Below, in pieces: positions 18,322 to 27,949 of a stretch of 64,000 nt of DNA. A model generated the notes under the pieces. The model searched no databases, was not told where the DNA came from, and saw only the letters and a program-made list of their open reading frames with translations. The stretch spans positions 27,638 through 91,637 of the forward strand of contig CAKNJR010000005.1 in assembly GCA_930986425.1 (NCBI GenBank). Reading direction: 5' to 3'. Source of the DNA: an uncultured Clostridium sp. Lineage in GTDB: Bacteria > Bacillota > Clostridia > TANB77 > CAG-508. A program made the translations under genes and the position numbers. Every line of letters begins with the position of its first letter. Position 1 is the stretch's first letter.

Positions 18322-18357
18322 AAAATCAATCAGAAAATAAAACTGGTTGATTTTTTT
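18322..18357 (+). terminator. Rho-independent terminator of the tRNA unit
   Basis: ATCAATCAG - 9-nt loop - CTGGTTGAT followed by TTTTTTT (18351-18357). Confidence 0.55.
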
Positions 18358-18409
18358 GTTGTCTATAAACAATATAAAAATCATCCAAATGAAAGGATGG
18401 TGCAAATAA

Positions 18410-18679
18410 ATGAAGATAATTAAGCAAGAATTACAATTTGAAGAAAGTCTAAAGCAAAGGCTAGAATTTATATGTGAATTTTCTAAAGTTACTCCTACTT
18501 TTATTAATGGTAGTATTAGAAAAATTGAAAAAACTAATCTCACATATATTGAACCACATAGAGTAATAATTAAAAATATTACATTCTTAGTTTTTAATTA
18601 TTCAAATGATGTATATATTTCAAATTTAACTAAAAAGATTAAATTATCAGAATTAGAAGAATATATAAAAAACATATAA
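18410..18679 (+). CDS. Hypothetical protein (89 aa)
   Basis: ORF with AAAGGATGG about 9 nt upstream. No recognisable motif. Confidence 0.4.
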   Translation: MKIIKQELQFEESLKQRLEFICEFSKVTPTFINGSIRKIEKTNLTYIEPHRVIIKNITFLVFNYSNDVYISNLTKKIKLSELEEYIKNI

Positions 18680-18689
18680 ATACCAGTAT

Positions 18690-18717
18690 TTGACATTTCT
18701 TAAAATTGTGGTATAAT
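18690..18717 (+). promoter_or_regulatory. Near-consensus promoter upstream of the recombinase gene (TTGACA-16-TGnTATAAT)
   Basis: TTGACA at 18690-18695, a 16-nt spacer ending in TGG, TATAAT at 18712-18717. Confidence 0.5.
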
Positions 18718-18842
18718 GTCTTATGTAAACATTTTAGTTTATGGAGATGATTATATGATTTTGAAAAAATTGCATTTTAAAATAAAAATTTTACAGAGAT
18801 GTCATTAGTATTAATTTGTACTTTTGATGTCTTTTTTGTTAG

Positions 18843-20777
<1,935 letters not shown>

Positions 20778-20819
20778 TTGTTGCAACTATTACTTATATA
20801 TTTTCTTTGTTGCAACAAT

Positions 20820-21040
20820 CAAATTAACGTGGCACGTTTTGTTTTTGCAATTAGCAAAAATGAAAGTGGCGATAGTTAATTTGGATAAAATTTATCTATG
20901 AAAGATAAATTTTATTGCCTCGCAGAGCCCCCGAGTTTTGATAGCATGTCAAAACTCATAGGGGGTTAGGACTTATGACATGGTCAAAGTCCTGTAAAAA
21001 ATACTTCGTATTTTTATGGAGCCTTCGGCTTAAAAAGAAT
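20820..21040 (+). promoter_or_regulatory. Hairpin-rich region upstream of the MobV gene, candidate oriT
   Basis: Perfect 13-bp inverted repeat ATAAAATTTATCT-ATGAA-AGATAAATTTTAT (20885-20915). CCCCCGAGTTTTGA...TCAAAACTCATAGGGGG (20928-20965). Further short inverted repeats (AGGACTT..AAGTCCT, AAAATAC-TTC-GTATTTT, AGCC-TTC-GGCT). Confidence 0.4.
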
Positions 21041-21059
21041 CTTCAAGGAGGTGCTTTTG

Positions 21060-22445
21060 ATGGAACAAGAATTAGCATATTCATTTCACTTAGGTAGTGA
21101 TAAAAACAAAAGTAAATTAGCCAAAAGAGTATCAAAAGATAATGTATCTGGTACTACTTCTCTTTCCAATAATGCTATTCAAAATGCAAACGATTTATCT
21201 AGAGTTAATAAGCATAATTTAAGAGATTATGATAAAAATAAAGAATTAATTAAAGTAATTTATGGTACAGATAATATTATAACTGATGTAAAAGATTTGT
21301 ATTTAAAAGAATTTGAAGAAGCAAAGATAGATTATAACAATAAGCAAAGTCGTGAAGATAGAAAAATAAAAAACTACTTCCAAAAAGTATGTGAATCTCA
21401 AAACGATATAGCTTGTGAAATTATAATAGAACTTGGAGATATGGATTTCTGGAATGATAAAGACCAAGAATATAGATTGAAAATGATTGATGTATATAAT
21501 GAACAAATAAAGGATTTAACTAAAATTGTGCCAACTTTTAAAATAGCAAATGCTACAATACATTTTGATGAAACTTCTCCACATATGCACATTGTAGGTG
21601 TACCAGTAGTTGAGAATTGTAATAGAGGGATGAAAAAACAAGTTGGAAAAAGCAAGCTATTTACTAAAACATCATTAACTGATATACAAGACAAAATGAG
21701 AAATGCCTGTATTAAGTCATATAATAAGTTTTATGAAGTTGATACTAGACTAAAAGAAAAACAAAAAGGTAGAAATCAAGATATAAATGTAAAAGATATG
21801 AGTAATTATAAAAAAATAAAAAAACAGTTGGACAAGAACGCACAAAAACTTGCTGAGGCAAATAATCAAACAGAAAAATTAGACAATAGCGGTAAAGATA
21901 TAAATTCAATATTAGATAAACTAAAGCCATCTAAACTTAATAAAAATAATAATCTTATTTCAAACGAGGATATTGAAAAAATCAAAAATTTTACAAAAGA
22001 TGTAAAAGATATTGCTAAAACAGTTAGAAGTGTAAATGACTTAAATATGGCTATCAAAGATTTTGAACATAGTTCCTTTGAAATAGCACAAGAAAATTCT
22101 TCACTAAAATATCAATTAGATTTAAAAACTGATGAAATTGATAGATTAAAAAAAGATTTGTCTGCAAAGGAAAAAATTATTAGTAAATTACAAGCAGAAA
22201 AAGAAAAAATAAAACAAGAATTACAGAAATTTAAAGACTTCTGGTATAGAATTATGGGACATTTCCATAAAAGAATTTGCTATGACAAAGATAATAACTA
22301 TAAAATAGTTAGTGATGACTTATACAAAAATGGTATATTTACTGATGATGAAAATGAAATTGCAAATAATATTGCTAGAAAAGTAAAACCAAAAGAAGAA
22401 CTAGAAAATAAGAGTAAAAAGAAAAATAATTATGAATTAAAATAA
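21060..22445 (+). CDS. MobV-family (Mob_Pre) relaxase
   Basis: HFDETSPHMHIVGVPV matches the HxDExxPHxH motif of MobV relaxases. K/E-rich coiled-coil C-terminal half. ATG 21060 has AAGGAGG 8 nt upstream (the track starts at GTG 21051). Confidence 0.85.
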   Translation: MEQELAYSFHLGSDKNKSKLAKRVSKDNVSGTTSLSNNAIQNANDLSRVNKHNLRDYDKNKELIKVIYGTDNIITDVKDLYLKEFEEAKIDYNNKQSREDRKIKNYFQKVCESQNDIACEIIIELGDMDFWNDKDQEYRLKMIDVYNEQIKDLTKIVPTFKIANATIHFDETSPHMHIVGVPVVENCNRGMKKQVGKSKLFTKTSLTDIQDKMRNACIKSYNKFYEVDTRLKEKQKGRNQDINVKDMSNYKKIKKQLDKNAQKLAEANNQTEKLDNSGKDINSILDKLKPSKLNKNNNLISNEDIEKIKNFTKDVKDIAKTVRSVNDLNMAIKDFEHSSFEIAQENSSLKYQLDLKTDEIDRLKKDLSAKEKIISKLQAEKEKIKQELQKFKDFWYRIMGHFHKRICYDKDNNYKIVSDDLYKNGIFTDDENEIANNIARKVKPKEELENKSKKKNNYELK

Positions 22446-22459
22446 GGAGTAAAAAAATT

Positions 22460-22765
22460 ATGAAAGAAAATAAAGTTGAGAATGTAATAAATATAATTAA
22501 AGATTTGAATACTAAAGATAAATTAAGATTAGGAATTTGCTTAACTACAAGTGATTGGGCTAATATTTTATATAATAAAACAGAAATGTATGAGAAATTT
22601 GATACTATGTTAAAAGAAATTGATGAAGAATGTAGAACTACTTTAGTAAATTTTGCAAAATATAAGATTGTAATGTTTACAATGGCTAAAATAATGGAGA
22701 TGGAAGAAACTGAAAGAAATAAGATAATTTTATATTTGTATAAAAGTTTAAATCATAAAATATAA
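22460..22765 (+). CDS. Hypothetical protein (101 aa)
   Basis: ORF 14 nt after the relaxase stop, with a GGAG RBS. No recognisable motif. Confidence 0.5.
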   Translation: MKENKVENVINIIKDLNTKDKLRLGICLTTSDWANILYNKTEMYEKFDTMLKEIDEECRTTLVNFAKYKIVMFTMAKIMEMEETERNKIILYLYKSLNHKI

Positions 22766-22801
22766 TACTTATCTAAAATGAAAAAAGGAAACTGTGAAAT
22801 T

Positions 22802-22830
22802 TTGCAAAAATGTTCAAAATATAGTATAAT
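22802..22830 (+). promoter_or_regulatory. Putative promoter (TTGCAA-17-TATAAT)
   Basis: TTGCAA at 22802-22807, a 17-nt spacer, TATAAT at 22825-22830, upstream of 22899..24257. Confidence 0.5.
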
Positions 22831-22898
22831 ATTAGTAGTATTTTAGATTAGAAAGGATTTTGAATTATATATACTAATTGAGAAATGAGGTGTAAAAG

Positions 22899-24257
22899 AT
22901 GAATTATGGAAAAGAGATTAACTATGACTTAATAGACGAATTATACTACGAATGGCGTAATGAACGTGATCCGTTCGCTCAAAGAAATAAAAGAGATGAA
23001 ATTAAAAGAAAAATATCTCCATATGAATTTTTAGTTTATAGTTCTAGAAATTCATATATGCCTTTTAAGATATTTAGAAATATTTTCGGATTATCAGATT
23101 TATTTGATACACTTGAAAAAATGCAAATGCAAGGCAAAGACATAAGTAATTTAACTAATCAATTATTATTAATAGAAACTCCAGAAGATATAAGAGATTT
23201 AAACAATTTTGCAAAAAGAGAGACAACTTCGGAAGTAAGTAATTTATATTGTGTATGTATGGGAAATAATATATTTAGATATGGAGATGTCAAAAGTATA
23301 GGGAAAAAATTTTTGAATATACATGTTAATAACTTAAGTTTAGAACAAATAGAATATATGATTAAATCACAAAATGATTATAAAGGTATACCAATTACTA
23401 TAACTATAGATAATATAGGGCAACTTCCATTAGATAAATTAGCTTATATTGAAAGTAAATTTGATGTTGAAGGAATACAGATATTAGACAGAGATAAAGT
23501 TAATCAAGCTCATCAAGGTGAACGTACTCCTTTAAATTTAAGAACTTATAAACAAGTTAGAACAATAGCAAATGATATTATTAGTAAACTTTATATTGAA
23601 AAGAATTCGAATTCAGATAAAATGCTTATTGATTTTCAACTTGCTATACAAATAATAGACGAGATTGCACACAGAATTGATTACGATTATGATGCAGAAA
23701 ATAAGCCACGTTTTTCTGATGAGGTAATAAATGCTAGTGGAATGGTAGGATTATTAACAGGAAAATCATTATGTAAGGGGTATTCGGAAATTTTAAGGAA
23801 TATTTTAAGTTGCGTAGATGTTGAATGCACAGTTATCGATGGTACTGATTTTAATAATAATGCTCATACATGGAATCAGGTTAAGTTAGGAGATATATGG
23901 TTTAATGTAGATTTGACTTATGCTAGAAATGCAATATGTAATGGAAAGCCATCTGGAGATTTGTTTATGTCAGATATGGCTTTTTATGGGAATAGAAAAC
24001 AATACACTTTTGAAAAGGGACAAGAGATTAATGGTAAAAAGGTAGAAAGTACTGTAATGATAGGAGGTCATTCATCACAAGTTTATGGTTCAAATTGTAG
24101 ACAATGTAGATCTTATGTTACTCCATATTTAACCTCAATTTTAATAGAAAAATCTAGAAATTATAATGAAAATTATAATGGAATTATACAATATGTAGGA
24201 AGTGACATTGAAAAAGCACGTTCTGAATCTAAAACAACTATTAACCCACAACGTTAA
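22899..24257 (+). CDS. Transglutaminase-like (Cys-His-Asp) domain protein
   Basis: 452 aa with a GAGGTG RBS. The C-terminal half has GKSLCKGYSEILRNIL ... NNAHTWNQVKLGDIWFNVDLT, the Cys...HxW...D core pattern of transglutaminase-like cysteine peptidases. Confidence 0.65.
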   Translation: MNYGKEINYDLIDELYYEWRNERDPFAQRNKRDEIKRKISPYEFLVYSSRNSYMPFKIFRNIFGLSDLFDTLEKMQMQGKDISNLTNQLLLIETPEDIRDLNNFAKRETTSEVSNLYCVCMGNNIFRYGDVKSIGKKFLNIHVNNLSLEQIEYMIKSQNDYKGIPITITIDNIGQLPLDKLAYIESKFDVEGIQILDRDKVNQAHQGERTPLNLRTYKQVRTIANDIISKLYIEKNSNSDKMLIDFQLAIQIIDEIAHRIDYDYDAENKPRFSDEVINASGMVGLLTGKSLCKGYSEILRNILSCVDVECTVIDGTDFNNNAHTWNQVKLGDIWFNVDLTYARNAICNGKPSGDLFMSDMAFYGNRKQYTFEKGQEINGKKVESTVMIGGHSSQVYGSNCRQCRSYVTPYLTSILIEKSRNYNENYNGIIQYVGSDIEKARSESKTTINPQR

Positions 24258-24275
24258 AGAAAATAATAAAAATGA

Positions 24276-24304
24276 TTTACAATAAAAAGAAATCTTAGTA
24301 TAAT
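24276..24304 (+). promoter_or_regulatory. Strong orphan promoter (TTTACA-17-TATAAT) driving a short plus-strand RNA
   Basis: TTTACA at 24276-24281, a 17-nt spacer, TATAAT at 24299-24304. No ORF follows. A terminator lies about 60-95 nt downstream. Confidence 0.5.
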
Positions 24305-24310
24305 AGTTAT

Positions 24311-24399
24311 AGGAAATGAAAGCCACAGAAATGTGTGCTACCATATAAATTATATGATAAAACACCACAAAGCTTGGCAGAGCAAATGTGGTGCTTTTT
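24311..24399 (+). ncRNA. Candidate antisense/antitoxin sRNA (about 90 nt) convergent with the small toxin-like gene
   Basis: Bounded by the promoter above and the hairpin CACCACA-17 nt-TGTGGTG plus CTTTTT (24363-24399). It contains GTGCTACCATATA (24335-24347), complementary to the start-codon region of the minus-strand peptide mRNA. Confidence 0.35.
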
Positions 24400-24400
24400 A

Positions 24401-24514
24401 TTATTTGCTCAAAATTACTACTATTGCAATAATCAAGGCAAATGCTATAATAGTCATTCCTACTAAACCGTAGAAAAGTAAGTATATGATCATTATCATA
24501 GTTTGTTCTACCAT
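24401..24514 (-). CDS. 37-aa hydrophobic peptide, candidate type I toxin
   Basis: Too short for the ORF track. GGAGGTGG lies 9 nt upstream of ATG 24514. Translation: MVEQTMIMIIYLLFYGLVGMTIIAFALIIAIVVILSK, a single TM helix with a polar C-terminal SK. Confidence 0.5.
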   Translation of the reverse strand: MVEQTMIMIIYLLFYGLVGMTIIAFALIIAIVVILSK

Positions 24515-24778
24515 ATAGCACCACCTCCATTCTCACAGCTAAAACTGTGTATGTAAAGTGGTAGCACCCACACTGCTTATTCTCATTTCCTATGTTTAGC
24601 AGTAAAGCATATTGATTTATAAAAATCAATGTTTAAGAACAAAAATTTGTAGGAAGTTTTTTTATGAAATTTATTGCAATTTACAAAAAATATGATATAC
24701 TTTTATAAATTGATTGATTATTGTATCAATCGCTATGGGGAAAAAAGTTGTAGATAACTACGACGTTCGCTCCAAAAG

Positions 24779-24804
24779 CAAAAGCACCAAAATTGGTGCT
24801 TTTT
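24779..24804 (-). terminator. Bidirectional hairpin terminator after 24807..25508
   Basis: AGCACC-AAAATT-GGTGCT is flanked by an A-run and a T-run. On the minus strand it is followed by TTTTGCTTTT. Confidence 0.55.
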
Positions 24805-24806
24805 AT

Positions 24807-25508
24807 TTATTTATCTTGATAGTTATCTACTTCTCTATTCATTAAAGTTTTCGATTCTAATACACTTGACATTCCCCTAAAAGTCTTTCCTATTTGAAGC
24901 TTTCCGTTTTCAGATAAAACATTAATTTCTGTTCCATCTTGTAATTTCCAACTTAAAGGAGATTTTCTTTCTATTCCTGTAGAGTATATAATATTGCCAT
25001 TTTCATCTTTTGTCATAGGTGTTCTATTTGTTACTACTTTTTTCTCACCATTACTAACAGGAAGTTTTACTGGTTTTATATTACCTTTTCTATCTCTCAT
25101 TACTAGCTGATATAGCTCTTTGCCATCTTCTTTATCTATCTGTTTTGTTAAGTATATATTTATATGTGCATTTGGGTCAATTCCTTGGCTCATCAATATT
25201 TTACTAACCATTTCTTGATTTTCTAATTTTGTAATTGCACTAGTATCATGTACATCCTGATAATATTTATTTATTTCTTCAACGGCATTATAATCTTCTG
25301 GTTTTCCTATTTCTTCTGGTTCTAAGTTATATCCTCTCAAGTCCCATGATTTTAAAGCGGGTTCTTTTGCTTGGATTTCTACTTGTCTGTCCGGATATTT
25401 CTCACAATCTTCTAAATATCTATCATAAAATTCTTCTGGTACAAACCAAAATATTTTCTTTTCCTCTCCTGTTAATTCGTTTATTTCTGATGTAGCAATT
25501 TTTCTCAT
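24807..25508 (-). CDS. Hypothetical protein (233 aa from first ATG; frame stays open about 170 nt further upstream)
   Basis: ORF track entry. No recognisable motif. See the frameshift finding. Confidence 0.55.
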   Translation of the reverse strand: MRKIATSEINELTGEEKKIFWFVPEEFYDRYLEDCEKYPDRQVEIQAKEPALKSWDLRGYNLEPEEIGKPEDYNAVEEINKYYQDVHDTSAITKLENQEMVSKILMSQGIDPNAHINIYLTKQIDKEDGKELYQLVMRDRKGNIKPVKLPVSNGEKKVVTNRTPMTKDENGNIIYSTGIERKSPLSWKLQDGTEINVLSENGKLQIGKTFRGMSSVLESKTLMNREVDNYQDK

Positions 25509-25683
25509 TCTAGTTTTTTTAGGTACACATTCATGTCTTCCGAAGAAAATATTTTTGAAATGATATTTTGAAATTCTATCTATTTCTTTTTGAGATAGTC
25601 TAGACTTTAAATTGAAACTATCTGCATGTCTTACACAATCTCTATATATAATGCATCTTATTTCAAATGGCTTTCCTTTTCCG

Positions 25684-25875
25684 TTAGAATAGTCTTTTGT
25701 TGTACTGATTCCGATTTTTCATTTCTTCTCTAGCCTCATCTTCAGTAATACATGATAATTCTGAATCTGTAGTAAAGCTATCTAAAATGTTTAAATTATC
25801 TTTCCACTTAGCCGAATTTGTACCATGAATAAAGTAAGTCCAGCCATTTGGTATGTTTATCGTTTGTTTTACCAT
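25684..25875 (-). CDS. Hypothetical 63-aa protein, possibly the N-terminal part of a frameshifted gene
   Basis: ORF with a GGAGGGGAAC RBS-like sequence upstream. Its stop lies 1 frame away from the open frame leading into 24807..25508. Confidence 0.4.
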   Translation of the reverse strand: MVKQTINIPNGWTYFIHGTNSAKWKDNLNILDSFTTDSELSCITEDEAREEMKNRNQYNKRLF

Positions 25876-26056
25876 AGTTCCCCTCCATATTAATCATACA
25901 AAAAATTTAAATTTATTTCAATATCTTTATTAAATTTAGAGCTTTTTACTTTAAAAATTACAAAACGCTCCGTTCAAAGTTGCCTTTCGGTTTCTCTGAG
26001 CGGAGCGCCCCCACGCATGTGGGCATGTTGCGCGCTGGTGCTGTTTTTTTTCCGTT

Positions 26057-26428
26057 TTACGATTTCATGATAGATACCAAAACAGTTGCCACCAAAGCAA
26101 TGACGCCAATAATGTTTGCCACTGCAATGCCTGTGTTCAAGAACATGTCGCAAGCTGCCCAAGCTGCTATCACAACGGCTTCAACGATCAGAATAACAAT
26201 GTCGAATATAATCGACTTTTTGTTGTATTCTGAGCCCTCGTGAATGCCATGCTTGATATCAGCAAAGAGCCAAACTGTACCATACAGCAACGTTATTGTT
26301 GTTGTTATAATCCTGACCAAGTTGAAAGGGAGTGCCATGAACATGACAACTTCCACTACCAAAGTGGTCAATACGGCCAATCCGAGGATTCTCCTATTTT
26401 CATCGGAGAGCAGTTTTTCTTTTTTCAC
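26057..26428 (-). CDS. Four-TM membrane protein of unknown function, encoded in a GC-rich block
   Basis: The track ORF is 26057..26470 (TTG start). GTG 26428 is preceded by AGGGAGGAG 6 nt upstream, giving VKKEKLLSDENRRILGLAVL... Four hydrophobic helices. Local GC is far above the surroundings. Confidence 0.55.
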   Translation of the reverse strand: MKKEKLLSDENRRILGLAVLTTLVVEVVMFMALPFNLVRIITTTITLLYGTVWLFADIKHGIHEGSEYNKKSIIFDIVILIVEAVVIAAWAACDMFLNTGIAVANIIGVIALVATVLVSIMKS

Positions 26429-26525
26429 GTTTTTCTCCTCCCTACTCGGAGTATTCCAGCGCTTCAGCAAAACATGGTACCTTATATTATATCACAATTC
26501 TTGCATTTTTTCAACTTTATCATGT

Positions 26526-27767
26526 TTAAATTTCATCTTTATTAAATATTTTTATTGTTCCTGAATAAATTTTAGCAATTATACTAAAGTAATCCACTAT
26601 TCCTCTTTTTTTCACTTCTTTTTGTGCTTTAATTTCTATTTCTTCAATTATTTCATCTCCTATTTTGACTGTTACTGTTCCTATACGTGTATTTATATCA
26701 ATTGGTGCTTCTATATATGATACTACATTTATCTCGATTGCTGGATTCATATCTGTTGCAACTTTTTTTATTTTTACTTCATCTAGTTTTAATTCTAGGC
26801 TATTTGCGGCTTTATTTACATATATTCTGTTTTGATTTATTTGCTTCCATAATTCAAACTCTTGCTTGATTGCTTCTTCTACATTGAACACATAAAATCT
26901 TTTATATGCATACTCAATTAATTTCATAGTATCTTTTGCCCTATCTTTTCTTGTATCAGCTCCTAGTACTACTATTATTACATCCATATCTCCTCTTTTT
27001 ACACTTGTCACTAAACATCTTCCTGCATTATTTGTAAATCCAGTTTTTACTCCATACACTCCTTCTACATTTCCAAGAAGCTCATTTGTATTATTGATTT
27101 GCATGCTATTTCCATTTATATATATTGTAGCAGTTTTTGTTTTTACTATTTTTGCAATTGTTTCATTTTTCAAGGCATAATCTGTGATTTTTGCTAATTC
27201 ATAAGCTGTTGTATAGTGCTCACTATTATCTAGTCCATGTGGTGTTACAAAATTTGTATCTTTTAATCCTAATTCTTCTGCTTTTTGATTCATAAGTTTC
27301 GAAAATTCTTCTACACTTCCAGAAATATGTATTGCGAGTGCTACCGCTGCATCATTTCCTGACTTTAGCATTAAACCATATAATAAATCTAATACTTTTA
27401 TTTTATCATCTGTACGAAGTCCAAGCCTTGAGCCTCCTGTTCCTGCTGCTTTTGCTGTAACTGTTACTACATCTTCTAAATCACAATTTTCAACAACAAC
27501 AATTGATGTCATAATTTTAGTCGTTGATGCCATTGCAGTTTGCTTATTTTCGTCTTTACCATATATACATCTTCCTGAAAGTCTATCATATACAGCATAC
27601 CTTCTTGAATTTATTGTTGGTTTTGTATCTGAGTTTGCAGTTTCTATTATTTCTTTTTTTTCGTTTTCTTGTATAATATTTTCATAATTTTCATTTTCAT
27701 CATCTGCATATACACAATTACTAATTAAAAATATTATTAACATTATAATAAATAAAATTTTTTTCAT
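26526..27767 (-). CDS. Serine-type D-Ala-D-Ala carboxypeptidase (PBP5/DacB-like)
   Basis: Signal peptide. SxxK (ASTTKIMT), SxN (KSGNDAA) and KTG (VKTGFT) motifs. C-terminal beta domain. Confidence 0.85.
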   Translation of the reverse strand: MKKILFIIMLIIFLISNCVYADDENENYENIIQENEKKEIIETANSDTKPTINSRRYAVYDRLSGRCIYGKDENKQTAMASTTKIMTSIVVVENCDLEDVVTVTAKAAGTGGSRLGLRTDDKIKVLDLLYGLMLKSGNDAAVALAIHISGSVEEFSKLMNQKAEELGLKDTNFVTPHGLDNSEHYTTAYELAKITDYALKNETIAKIVKTKTATIYINGNSMQINNTNELLGNVEGVYGVKTGFTNNAGRCLVTSVKRGDMDVIIVVLGADTRKDRAKDTMKLIEYAYKRFYVFNVEEAIKQEFELWKQINQNRIYVNKAANSLELKLDEVKIKKVATDMNPAIEINVVSYIEAPIDINTRIGTVTVKIGDEIIEEIEIKAQKEVKKRGIVDYFSIIAKIYSGTIKIFNKDEI

Positions 27768-27876
27768 AATAGTAACTTTTCCTTTCTTTAAGAACTGTTT
27801 TATTAATAACCTTCTTATATCTATAAATTGTTTTTAACTTATAAATACTTTTTACTAGTTACATTTGCATAATACA

Positions 27877-27913
27877 AAAACACTTATAACATTTTATATG
27901 CTATAAGTGTTTT
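27877..27913 (-). terminator. Hairpin terminator closing the T4SS-like operon
   Basis: AAAACACTTATA - 13-nt loop - TATAAGTGTTTT. On the minus strand it is followed by TTTTTGTATT. It lies 37 nt past the stop of 27950..28897. Confidence 0.5.
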
Positions 27914-27949
27914 CTTTATTACTATTTATATTTGTATTACTCTTTTACA

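Noticed and set aside
18209-18400. tRNA-Cys as the integration site of the mobile element, looking for a duplicated tRNA 3' end at the far side.
   Set aside because: The tRNA and its own terminator are intact, and I found no second copy of the GGTTCGAATCCGGGTGTCGCC end between 24 and 26.6 kb. Large serine recombinases do not usually leave long direct repeats. The tRNA proximity may be coincidental, so the ends are left unresolved.
18138-18543. Minus-strand ORFs 18138..18329 and 18301..18543.
   Set aside because: They run antisense through tRNA-Cys and its terminator and have no RBS. Spurious.
24141-24629. 162-aa minus-strand track ORF.
   Set aside because: It overlaps the 3' end of the transglutaminase-like gene, the orphan promoter and the terminator. 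The composition is poor. The only convincing coding unit inside it, in another frame, is the 37-aa peptide with a strong RBS at 24401..24514.
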